Positions 37,164 to 48,026 of a stretch of 64,000 nt of DNA are shown in pieces (within the stretch, counting starts at the first letter, position 1; every line of letters starts with the position of its first letter). The DNA is from an uncultured Candidatus Saccharibacteria bacterium (lineage in GTDB: Bacteria; Patescibacteriota; CAZHWT01). The stretch is from contig CAZQWH010000002.1 in the NCBI GenBank assembly GCA_964597145.1, forward strand, positions 113,232 through 177,231, written 5' to 3'. The notes below the pieces were generated by a model. The model did no database searches. It was given only the letters and a program-made list of their open reading frames with translations, and was not told the origin of the DNA. The position numbers and the translations under genes are program-made.

Positions 37164-37673
37164 TTATAACACAGCAAAGGTAGCATCTGGTGCAGCACAC
37201 TGTACGTATGAATCACCATCTTGTGTATCATAAACATAATACACTGGAGAAGTAGTACAGGTGTTAGCGTCACCGTCTGTATCAGGATCATCTCGAGCAC
37301 TCGTAGCCTTTAACTCGGCATAAGCCTTTATCTCAGCGCTTGCAACGGCAGGTGTAACTGTGCTATCTGTACCAATCGACCAATTAATAGTAGTCGATGG
37401 CGTACTCTTTAAGAAGCCGCCTGCTTTCAGCTCGGCAACATCATTACAACCCTCATAATTACCAGTTGCCTTGCTAGTAAAGCAAGCTTCAACAGCAGAG
37501 GCCACCGTTGAGATATCGCTTCGCACCTGAGTATCATTTGCCTCAGCAATTCGCTCAGCTGGATTAATGGCAATAAGCACTACCGCAGCCAAAATACCAA
37601 GGATGGCAATAACGACCAATAGCTCGATTAAGGTGAAACCCTTAGATAGAGAGAATTTTTGCATGAGTTTCAC
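37164..37673 (-). CDS. pilA: type IV major pilin PilA
   Basis: Short leader then GFTLIELLVVIAILGILAAV. C-terminal disulfide D-region. Own promoter region and terminator, the usual high-expression layout for a major pilin. The 5' UTR carries the hairpin GAACAATC...GATTGTTC just upstream of the RBS AAAGGAGGTGA. Confidence 0.85.
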   Translation of the reverse strand: MKLMQKFSLSKGFTLIELLVVIAILGILAAVVLIAINPAERIAEANDTQVRSDISTVASAVEACFTSKATGNYEGCNDVAELKAGGFLKSTPSTTINWSIGTDSTVTPAVASAEIKAYAELKATSARDDPDTDGDANTCTTSPVYYVYDTQDGDSYVQCAAPDATFAVL

Positions 37674-37841
37674 CTCCTTTCAGTAACAGAACAATCGTGC
37701 GTCCGGACGAACCATGATTGTTCTCGCAAGGAAGATAATATAAAGAGAATGGGCAGGTTTGGGCAATCATAATACTTATAGCTTATTACTAGAGCAGGCA
37801 AGCGTTACTATTGTTAGTGTAGCATACTTAATCCAAGTCCA

Positions 37842-39047
37842 CTAGAAGGCATTCAACACGCTGTAAATTGGCAGGATTAGGGCAAAGATTAAAAAGCCTA
37901 CGCTTATACCAAGCACAATCATAATAATTGGCTCTAGAGCCGTGGATAGGTTGCGCACTGTATTACCGCTTTCATCTTCAAACGACTTACCTACCTTCTC
38001 TAGTACTTCGTCTAACTTACCAGTCGATTCGCCAATAGCAATCATTTGCGACACAATCACTGGAAACACTGTTTGTCGCTCAACAGCCTGGGCTAAAGAC
38101 ATCCCTTTTTCTACACTCTGGGCAATACCAGCCACCGCTTCTTGAAACCGGATGTTACTTAAGGTTTCTTTGGCAATATCTATCGCATCCAGAATCGGAA
38201 CACCAGAGGAGATTAGCAGAGCTAGGGTTTGGATAAACGAAGTCAACTGAACCTCTATACTTAATTTGCCAAAAATTGGTACTTGGTTGTAGATATCGGC
38301 CAATAAATATTTACCCCGTAAAGTTTTGGCGAACCAGCGGTACCCAAAAACTACCATCGCGATTAAAGCGATTAGAATATACCATTGTTGGGTAAAGAGA
38401 TTGCTAATGGCGATAAGCAGTTGGGTGGCAAATGGAAGATTGGCATCTAGGCTTTCGTAGACTTGCTTCATCTGTGGCACCACAAACACCATCATCACCG
38501 TCATTACTCCAGCCATAGCGAGCAAAATAATGACCGGATAAATTAACGCGCCTTTAATTTTAGCGTTAAACTCGGCCTGGCTTTCTAAACTGTCGGCTAG
38601 CCGAGCTAGGATTTTATCTAGGTTACCCGAGGCCTCACCTGCCTTAATTAAGCTAACATACAAACGAGGAAAGACCTGAGGATATTTAGCCAAAGACTTA
38701 GAAAAACTCAAACCACCATCAACATCACGGATAATGTCTTGCAAGGCTTGGTTAAGTTTTTTATTTTTGGTCTGTTGAACCAATACCTCCAGAGATTGGG
38801 TTAAGGGTAGGCCAGCCGTAATCATGGTCGATAGCTGGCGAGTAGTTACAGCCAATAACTTACCTGGCACCTTACCGCCCTTAGTCAGCATAGCCATAAT
38901 GTCTGTTTCGCGCTTAACCTCAAGCGAGGTAATGAGCAGCTTGCGCGTCCGAAGGATCTCGGCGGCTTGATGTTCGTCGGAAGCCTCAATTAAACCCGCA
39001 GAAGCAACCCCTTGTTCATTTAATGCAGTGTAGCGATACGTTAACAC
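37842..39047 (-). CDS. pilC: type IV pilus platform protein PilC (GspF family)
   Basis: Two T2SS-F domains and a polytopic membrane region. Confidence 0.9.
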   Translation of the reverse strand: MLTYRYTALNEQGVASAGLIEASDEHQAAEILRTRKLLITSLEVKRETDIMAMLTKGGKVPGKLLAVTTRQLSTMITAGLPLTQSLEVLVQQTKNKKLNQALQDIIRDVDGGLSFSKSLAKYPQVFPRLYVSLIKAGEASGNLDKILARLADSLESQAEFNAKIKGALIYPVIILLAMAGVMTVMMVFVVPQMKQVYESLDANLPFATQLLIAISNLFTQQWYILIALIAMVVFGYRWFAKTLRGKYLLADIYNQVPIFGKLSIEVQLTSFIQTLALLISSGVPILDAIDIAKETLSNIRFQEAVAGIAQSVEKGMSLAQAVERQTVFPVIVSQMIAIGESTGKLDEVLEKVGKSFEDESGNTVRNLSTALEPIIMIVLGISVGFLIFALILPIYSVLNAF

Positions 39048-39076
39048 AATGTAATCCTCACGTTGGTCATTATTTT

Positions 39077-40156
39077 TTAGCCACGGCTCCGCTGGATACG
39101 CTCCAATTCCGCTGGGCGCAGCGTTACTTTTTTAGCTTCTTCCATAGAAATTTTTCCAGCTTGAATTAATGCGGCAAGCGATCTTTCTAAACTCATCATT
39201 CCCACCTCGGTGCCAGTCGACATTAGGTTATCAATTTGGTGTGTTTTTCCTTCGCGAATAACCGAGCGAATACCAGCATTCATGGTCAAGATTTCGGTAG
39301 CAGCAACCCGGCCACCTTCCAAAGATGGTAACAATCGTTGCGAAATAACCCCTTGCAACGAAGAAGCCAATTGCGACCGGATTTGGGTTTGCTGGTGTTC
39401 TGGGAAAACATCAATAATACGATCAATCGTTTGCGAAGCACTATTAGTATGGAGTGTGGCAAACACTAAGTGGCCAGTTTCGGCGATAGTTAAGGCCGCG
39501 CTAATTGTTTCAAAATCGCGCATTTCTCCGACCAGTACCACATCCGGATCTTCACGCAGCACAGAGCGCAAGGCAATATCCCACGAATGGGTATCTAAGT
39601 GTAGCTCGCGCTGGGTTATAAGCGATTGGCGATGCGGATAGACATACTCAATTGGATCCTCAATGGTAATAATGTGGGCAGGCCGGGTTTCGTTAATTTG
39701 GTTAATCATGGCCGCTAAAGTGGTCGACTTACCATGCCCGGTTGGGCCAGTCACCAACACAAAGCCATGAGGTAGGGCAGAGAATTGCTGAATAGCAACC
39801 GGCAACCCCAGTTCTTCCAGTGTCCTAATATTGGCTGGAATGAGACGCAAGGCCGCACCTAAATAACCCTTTTGATGATACAAGTTAACTCGGAAACGAG
39901 CCACTTCGCCCAAGGCAAAGGAGAAGTCAATTTCTTTGTTAGATAGTAAAATATCTTTTTGCTCATCTGAGGCTAGGGAGAAGCAGAGCGCCTCAACTTC
40001 ATCGGGGGTTAAAGGGTTAGCGTGCTCAATTGGCGTTAACGAACCATCTACCCGCAAGGTAGGCATGGCCCCAACCGTTAAATGTAAATCCGAAGCCTGG
40101 CGTCGGATAACTTCTTCTAATAATTGCTGGATACTCAGTGTAGGTGTGGTGGCCAT
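39077..40156 (-). CDS. pilT: twitching motility ATPase PilT
   Basis: Walker A GPTGHGKST and PilT-type Asp/His boxes. Start placed at MATTPTLSIQ. Confidence 0.9.
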   Translation of the reverse strand: MATTPTLSIQQLLEEVIRRQASDLHLTVGAMPTLRVDGSLTPIEHANPLTPDEVEALCFSLASDEQKDILLSNKEIDFSFALGEVARFRVNLYHQKGYLGAALRLIPANIRTLEELGLPVAIQQFSALPHGFVLVTGPTGHGKSTTLAAMINQINETRPAHIITIEDPIEYVYPHRQSLITQRELHLDTHSWDIALRSVLREDPDVVLVGEMRDFETISAALTIAETGHLVFATLHTNSASQTIDRIIDVFPEHQQTQIRSQLASSLQGVISQRLLPSLEGGRVAATEILTMNAGIRSVIREGKTHQIDNLMSTGTEVGMMSLERSLAALIQAGKISMEEAKKVTLRPAELERIQRSRG

Positions 40157-40175
40157 GTAGCTGCTTCCGTTCAGA

Positions 40176-41894
40176 TTAACTGATAACGCGCAATACCTCC
40201 TCAAAGGTAGTTAAACCTTCTAATACTTTAACAAAACCATCTTGCTGCATTTTAACCATTCCAGAGTTAACTGCTTCGGCCTCAATTTTATCTGCCGATT
40301 CATGTTCCAAAATAAGTCGGCCAATCTTTTCGTTAACCTCGAGTACTTCATAAATCCCAATTCGACCGGTATAGCCAAGGTTGCCACAGGCCTGGCAACC
40401 CTGAGCTTCATAAATAGTTACCTGAGATGAAGTTAATTCTTTAGGCCATAAACTACCTAATTCATCCCGCATTTGTTTCTCAATATGCTCGTCAGCTGGA
40501 ATCGCCTTGCGGCACTTTTGGCATAATTGTCGAACAAGTCGTTGGGCCATAACCACATTAACCGATGAGGCAATTAAAAACGGCTCAGCGCCCATATCGA
40601 GCAACCGGGGTAAAGCACCTGCCGCCGAATTAGTATGTAAGGTAGAGAGCACCAAGTGCCCAGTCAGCGAAGCCTGGATCGCCAACTCGGCCGTTTCACC
40701 ATCACGAATCTCACCCACCATAATAATGTTAGGGTCTTGGCGAAGGAAGGCCCTCAGGCCAGAAGCAAAGGTTAAGCCAGCAGCGGGGTTAATTTGAACC
40801 TGGTTTACCCCCGAAACTTCGTACTCTACCGGATCTTCTAAGGTGCTAATATTTACTTTAACTGAGTTAAGCTTCGTTAATGAGGTGCGCAAGGTGGTGG
40901 TTTTACCTGAACCAGTTGGCCCGGTAACTAAAATAATCCCCGCAGTTTTCTCCAGTGCCGCTTCAAACACCTTCAGCGCATTAGCTCGAATCCCAAGCTC
41001 GGCAAAGGTGGGCACTTTGTTTTCTTTACGCAGCAAACGCATTACCACCTTTTCGCCCTTAGAGGTGGGCAGAGTAGAGACACGCAGATCTATTTGCTGG
41101 TCAGCAACCTGAATTTGGAAGCGCCCGTCCTGGGGAATACGCTTCTCATCAATTTTCATATTGGACAAGATCTTAATCCGAGAAATAACCGAATCATGAA
41201 CTTTATTAGGCAACACCAACCGCTCTTGCAATACGCCATCAATCCGGTAGCGCACCCGGGTATTTTCTTCACCAGGTTCAATGTGAACATCGGAAGCTCG
41301 AGATTTAGCTGCGTACTCCAGCATAGTTGACACAATTCGAGCCACTGGCGCGTCCCGGATGGCATCGCCAACCTTATCAATATCTTTAATTGATTCTTCA
41401 ATTTTAGTAGTTTCAGTTTGGGCCTCTTTGAGCGCGGCCCGTACATCTTTATCAATCGACTGAGAGTAATTGGCCTCAATTGAGGCTTGGATTTCATCAA
41501 CCGGAGCAACGAATGGCTTAACCCGACAACCACTCTTCGTCTCCAGGAACTCAATAACCTGCAAGTCTAGCGGATCCGACATTGCTACATTTAGTATATT
41601 GTCTTTTAGCTCAAACGGAATTAGGACATAGTGCTGCGCCACAGCCTCGGGGATCTTAGACAAAACTTCCGATCCGATCGGCCGGTCTTTTAAATCAATA
41701 ACGGGTATATCTAAGATGCGAGCTTGCGCACCAAGGATATCTTTTTCTGTAGCCCACCCTTTTTCCAACAAGATATCCTTAATCTGCCGACCCGTATTGA
41801 TTTGGGCAAGCTTTACTTGCGATACTTGGTCGGCAGTTAAAACTCCCAGGCTGGCAAGAATATCTTCGATAGTTTTGGCAGTTGTTTCAGGCAT
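40176..41894 (-). CDS. pilB: type IV pilus assembly ATPase PilB (GspE family)
   Basis: N-terminal GSPII domain, Walker A GPTGSGKTTT, tetracysteine CQKC...CQAC. Confidence 0.92.
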   Translation of the reverse strand: MPETTAKTIEDILASLGVLTADQVSQVKLAQINTGRQIKDILLEKGWATEKDILGAQARILDIPVIDLKDRPIGSEVLSKIPEAVAQHYVLIPFELKDNILNVAMSDPLDLQVIEFLETKSGCRVKPFVAPVDEIQASIEANYSQSIDKDVRAALKEAQTETTKIEESIKDIDKVGDAIRDAPVARIVSTMLEYAAKSRASDVHIEPGEENTRVRYRIDGVLQERLVLPNKVHDSVISRIKILSNMKIDEKRIPQDGRFQIQVADQQIDLRVSTLPTSKGEKVVMRLLRKENKVPTFAELGIRANALKVFEAALEKTAGIILVTGPTGSGKTTTLRTSLTKLNSVKVNISTLEDPVEYEVSGVNQVQINPAAGLTFASGLRAFLRQDPNIIMVGEIRDGETAELAIQASLTGHLVLSTLHTNSAAGALPRLLDMGAEPFLIASSVNVVMAQRLVRQLCQKCRKAIPADEHIEKQMRDELGSLWPKELTSSQVTIYEAQGCQACGNLGYTGRIGIYEVLEVNEKIGRLILEHESADKIEAEAVNSGMVKMQQDGFVKVLEGLTTFEEVLRVIS

Positions 41895-42016
41895 AGGCAG
41901 TTTGCAAATAGCAGCAATTGTAGTAAGTCAACTCTAACAAAGGCACCACGTAGTGTTATCACCTACAAGCGCCATTCGACCACAATTATGATTTATAATA
42001 GAGTGAGAACAGAGGC

Positions 42017-42712
42017 GTGTCAATGTTTCAGAGTACAATTATTGTTGATCCTAAAAGTGAAATAAAAGGCAAGCAAAGCTTCGATACCTATATAGTTAAA
42101 CCAACCACCATCGATCGCCGCACATCCATCCGGATAAAAGAAGTCCAGGATATGCTCGCGTGGTGCTCAAAAAGCGCCTTTCAGGGTAGCCAAAAACTCG
42201 TAGTGATTGAAGAATTGCATAAAGCCAGCAATGCTGTTCCTCATGCCTTGCTCAAATTACTAGAAGAACCACCAGCAGATACCCGGATCACCATGACCAT
42301 TGATCGGGCGGAGTCCACCTTGGGCACCATCCGTTCCCGATGCGGTATTGTGGCGGCCCACGATCTTGATGTTAGCCAATTAGAGCAGCTTGGCCTGCGA
42401 CAAGTTGCTCTAACCCCCCATGAAGCTGCCATATCGTGGCACAATCTAGCAGCCCAATCTAAAATTGATCGAACAAATTGGATAGCCGATATAGTCAAAA
42501 GCAAAAAAGATTACCGCAGCCTAGTCGTAGCCTGGCAAGCAGAGCTAGTTGAAGAATTAGCTCATCAAAACAAAGCTAATCGCCCTCACCTCATCAAGCA
42601 ATTAGCCCTACTAGAAGAAGTGGGAGCTGCTTTAGACCACAATGTTTTACCTCGATTAGCTTTACACTACCTCAACCTCAGGCTAGATGCATACCTAACC
42701 CCAAGTACGTAA
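42017..42712 (+). CDS. holB: DNA polymerase III delta-prime subunit-like (short, degenerate P-loop)
   Basis: ALLKLLEEPP and TIRSRC motifs. 231 aa lacking a canonical Walker A. Confidence 0.65.
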   Translation: MSMFQSTIIVDPKSEIKGKQSFDTYIVKPTTIDRRTSIRIKEVQDMLAWCSKSAFQGSQKLVVIEELHKASNAVPHALLKLLEEPPADTRITMTIDRAESTLGTIRSRCGIVAAHDLDVSQLEQLGLRQVALTPHEAAISWHNLAAQSKIDRTNWIADIVKSKKDYRSLVVAWQAELVEELAHQNKANRPHLIKQLALLEEVGAALDHNVLPRLALHYLNLRLDAYLTPST

Positions 42713-42907
42713 AAATACTCCACTATGGCTTTTGCTCCAGATAGGGGAGTGTGGTACAATATTTTAGCGGATATATTTAAATATAATTATTATCCAGAGC
42801 AACCTATAAACTACTTATTACTTTACTGCCCACACTAACAGCTTCAATACGATAAATAACCTCGCACCACTTGTTCTGGTTTACAAAAAGTGGTCACGAA
42901 ATGGTAA

Positions 42908-44941
<2,034 letters not shown>

Positions 44942-44955
44942 AGGAATTTAGTAGT

Positions 44956-47694
44956 ATGGCAGACGCATTTAACGAAGGACGAATTATCCAATCACGCATC
45001 ACCGATGAAATGAAAAAGGCGTACTTAGACTACGCCATGAGCGTCATCGTATCCCGATCAATTCCCGATGTAAGGGATGGTCTTAAACCAGTACATCGCC
45101 GCATTCTGTATGCCATGTATAAAGACCTAGGGCTAACTCACGACCATAAGTACTCTAAGTGTGCCGGTGTCGTTGGTGAGGTGATGAAGAAATACCACCC
45201 CCATGGCGATATGGCTATTTATGACTCACTGGTCCGATTAGCCCAAGATTTTAATATGCGCTACCCTCTAGTAGACGGACAGGGCAACTTTGGCTCTGTA
45301 GACGGAGACAGCCCAGCTGCCATGCGTTACACTGAAGCGCGACTACAAGAAATTGCCGAAGAGATGTTGCGCGATATTAATAAAGAAACGGTTGACTTTA
45401 TGCCTAACTATGATGGCGAACACGAGCAACCGGTTTATCTGCCAAGCTACTTACCCAACCTACTATTGAATGGGTCAGATGGTATTGCGGTTGGTATGGC
45501 AACGAAAATTCCACCTCACAACCTAGGCGAGCTAGTGGATGCCCTAACCTATATTATTGACAATGGTAAGCCCGAAGCAATAAATAACCAAGCCGTTGAA
45601 GATAACTCCGTTGCAGAACTGCTGGAACGGGCCACAGGTCAAGGTGAAGCTGAAATAGAAGTTGCAAGCGCCGAAGCAGGGGCTGGAGAACAAATCCTAA
45701 CTGGCGAAATTTATGCCAAACATCCCAAAGCGCAATTTAGCTCTAGCGTAACTGTCGAAGACCTCGCCAAGTTTGTAAAGGGGCCGGATTTCCCAACTGG
45801 AGGGGTTATTTATGACCAGTCCGAAATTATTGCAGCCTACGCTACAGGTAAAGGTCGAATTGTTATGCGGGCAATCGCCACTATTGAGGAGCATAAAAAT
45901 GGCCGCTTTTCAATAATAGTCACCGAAATTCCATACCAAGTAAATAAAGCTCAACTGGTCGCCAAAATTGCCGACTTAGTCAAAGATAAGAAGATTGACG
46001 GCATTTCTGACCTGCGTGATGAAAGCGATCGCCAGGGCATGCGTATTGTAATTGAACTCAAGGCTTCGGCCAACCCCCAAAGTGTCTTAAATAAGCTATA
46101 CAAATACTCCGCCATGCAGATGGCCTACAATGCAAATATGATTGCCTTGGTTAATGGGCAACCCCAAGTCCTCACGCTAAAGATGGCTTTAGAGGAGTAT
46201 ATTAAGCATCGCCAACTGGTAGTCATCCGCCGCACCGAATATGAACTACGTAAAGCCAAAGAGCGAGCACATATTCTTGAAGGTCTTAAGATTGCGCTTG
46301 ACCATTTAGACGAAGTCATTACCACAATTCGTCAAAGCGCCAGCCAGGAAGATGCTCGCAATGCCTTAATCGCCAAGTTTGGCATGACCGAAATTCAAGC
46401 CACAGCGGTCCTCGATTTGCAGTTGCGCCGGTTAGCTGCCCTGGAACGACAAAAGATTGAGGACGAGTTGAAGGCTGTCCTAGCCTTAATTGATGAGTTA
46501 GAAGGCATTTTAGCCGACCCATACAAAGTCTTACGTATCATTAAAGCCGAATTAGCTGAGATCAAAGATAAATATGGCGACGAACGCCGAACTCAGGTAG
46601 TTAAAGGTAAGGTAGGGGAGATTTCAGAGGCCGATCTAGTAGCCGACGAAGAGGTTTTAGTGACGCTAACCAAGAGCGGTTATATCAAACGGCTTTCACC
46701 CACCACTTATCGTCAACAGAATCGTGGCGGCAGGGGAGTAGCCGGAATGACACTCAAAGAAGAGGACGTTATTTCTAACATAGTTGCTACCCGAACTCAT
46801 GATGATATTTTTTTCTTTACCAACAAAGGACGAGTATTTAGTCTTAAAGTCTTCGAAATCCCTGAAAGCTCTCGGCAGGCCAAAGGGCAGGCCATTGTTA
46901 ATTTAATCCAAATCGAACAAGGCGAGCGAGTTACTGCTATGCTAACCCAAACCAAAGAAGGGCGGATTAAATCTACAGCCGACGGGACAAATGCCGAAGA
47001 TTCACAAGCCGTCCCTCAATATCTCCTCATGGCCACAATTAAAGGCACCGTCAAGAAAACATCACTTTCTGAGTATAAAAATATCCGCAAAAGTGGATTG
47101 GCTGCTATTCGATTGTTAGGTGACGACGAGCTGGCCTGGGTTAAGCCGACATCGGGCAAAGACGATGTTATCATGGCGACTCGAGAAGGCAAATCTATTC
47201 ACTTTGCCGAAGAGGACATCTCGCCAACTGGTCGGGCAACCATCGGCGTTCGAGGTATTAAATTAGCTTCTGGGGATGTATGTATAGGCATGGATATCAT
47301 TCCAGAAGGCACCAACGAAAAAACGACTCAACTTCTGGTTGTCGCCGAAAACGGTTTTGGTAAGATGACATCAATTAGCAACTACGCCAAGCAAGGTAGA
47401 GGTGGCCAAGGAATTTTGACCTTCCGCATCAATGATAAAACCGGCAAAATTGTGGTGATGCGGTTAATCACCGCCACCGAAACCGCCGACCTGCTTATTA
47501 CCTCGGTTCAAGGTGTAGTAATCCGCATACCACTCCAGGGTCTGCCTTCACTCGGCCGGCAAACCAGCGGGGTTAAAATTATTAGATTAGGTAGCAAAGA
47601 TAAGGTAGCAGCCTTAGCATATCTACCCGAAGATCAAGCCAACTCAGTAGCTGTTCAAGATGACTTAGTTACAGATGTAGCAGAAGCAGAGTAA
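44956..47694 (+). CDS. gyrA: DNA gyrase subunit A
   Basis: AMRYTEARL catalytic Tyr motif, C-terminal beta-pinwheel repeats, an insertion in the N-terminal domain. Confidence 0.97.
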   Translation: MADAFNEGRIIQSRITDEMKKAYLDYAMSVIVSRSIPDVRDGLKPVHRRILYAMYKDLGLTHDHKYSKCAGVVGEVMKKYHPHGDMAIYDSLVRLAQDFNMRYPLVDGQGNFGSVDGDSPAAMRYTEARLQEIAEEMLRDINKETVDFMPNYDGEHEQPVYLPSYLPNLLLNGSDGIAVGMATKIPPHNLGELVDALTYIIDNGKPEAINNQAVEDNSVAELLERATGQGEAEIEVASAEAGAGEQILTGEIYAKHPKAQFSSSVTVEDLAKFVKGPDFPTGGVIYDQSEIIAAYATGKGRIVMRAIATIEEHKNGRFSIIVTEIPYQVNKAQLVAKIADLVKDKKIDGISDLRDESDRQGMRIVIELKASANPQSVLNKLYKYSAMQMAYNANMIALVNGQPQVLTLKMALEEYIKHRQLVVIRRTEYELRKAKERAHILEGLKIALDHLDEVITTIRQSASQEDARNALIAKFGMTEIQATAVLDLQLRRLAALERQKIEDELKAVLALIDELEGILADPYKVLRIIKAELAEIKDKYGDERRTQVVKGKVGEISEADLVADEEVLVTLTKSGYIKRLSPTTYRQQNRGGRGVAGMTLKEEDVISNIVATRTHDDIFFFTNKGRVFSLKVFEIPESSRQAKGQAIVNLIQIEQGERVTAMLTQTKEGRIKSTADGTNAEDSQAVPQYLLMATIKGTVKKTSLSEYKNIRKSGLAAIRLLGDDELAWVKPTSGKDDVIMATREGKSIHFAEEDISPTGRATIGVRGIKLASGDVCIGMDIIPEGTNEKTTQLLVVAENGFGKMTSISNYAKQGRGGQGILTFRINDKTGKIVVMRLITATETADLLITSVQGVVIRIPLQGLPSLGRQTSGVKIIRLGSKDKVAALAYLPEDQANSVAVQDDLVTDVAEAE

Positions 47695-47916
47695 GGGCTA
47701 ATTACAAGTTGCCATAAATCAATCTGAAAAGCATTCCGACCTTTAGTTAAAGTGTTCGGCAGTGAAGATGCTTTAGATCTTGATAGTCATCAGGATTAAC
47801 TAATACTCTAGCTACTCCGTGCTAGATAAAAACGAGTATCGCTTTATCACAGTACTTATTAGTTTCCCCAAATTCCTCCGGATAGTGGATGTAGCTCCGC
47901 TATTTTTACAGAGATA

Positions 47917-47958
47917 AATAGGATTTGTTACGTAACATGTTACGTAACAAATCCTATT
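47917..47958. repeat. 42-bp perfect palindrome AATAGGATTTGTTACGTAACA|TGTTACGTAACAAATCCTATT
   Basis: Exact reverse-complement symmetry. Contains two TTACGTAA cores. Lies between convergent gyrA and the Hsp100 gene. Confidence 0.85.
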
Positions 47959-48026
47959 AGTATGAGCACAAGCACTGTAAATTAAATCTCGAATAAAACT
48001 TCACCGCTGCCATGGATGTTTTTAGT

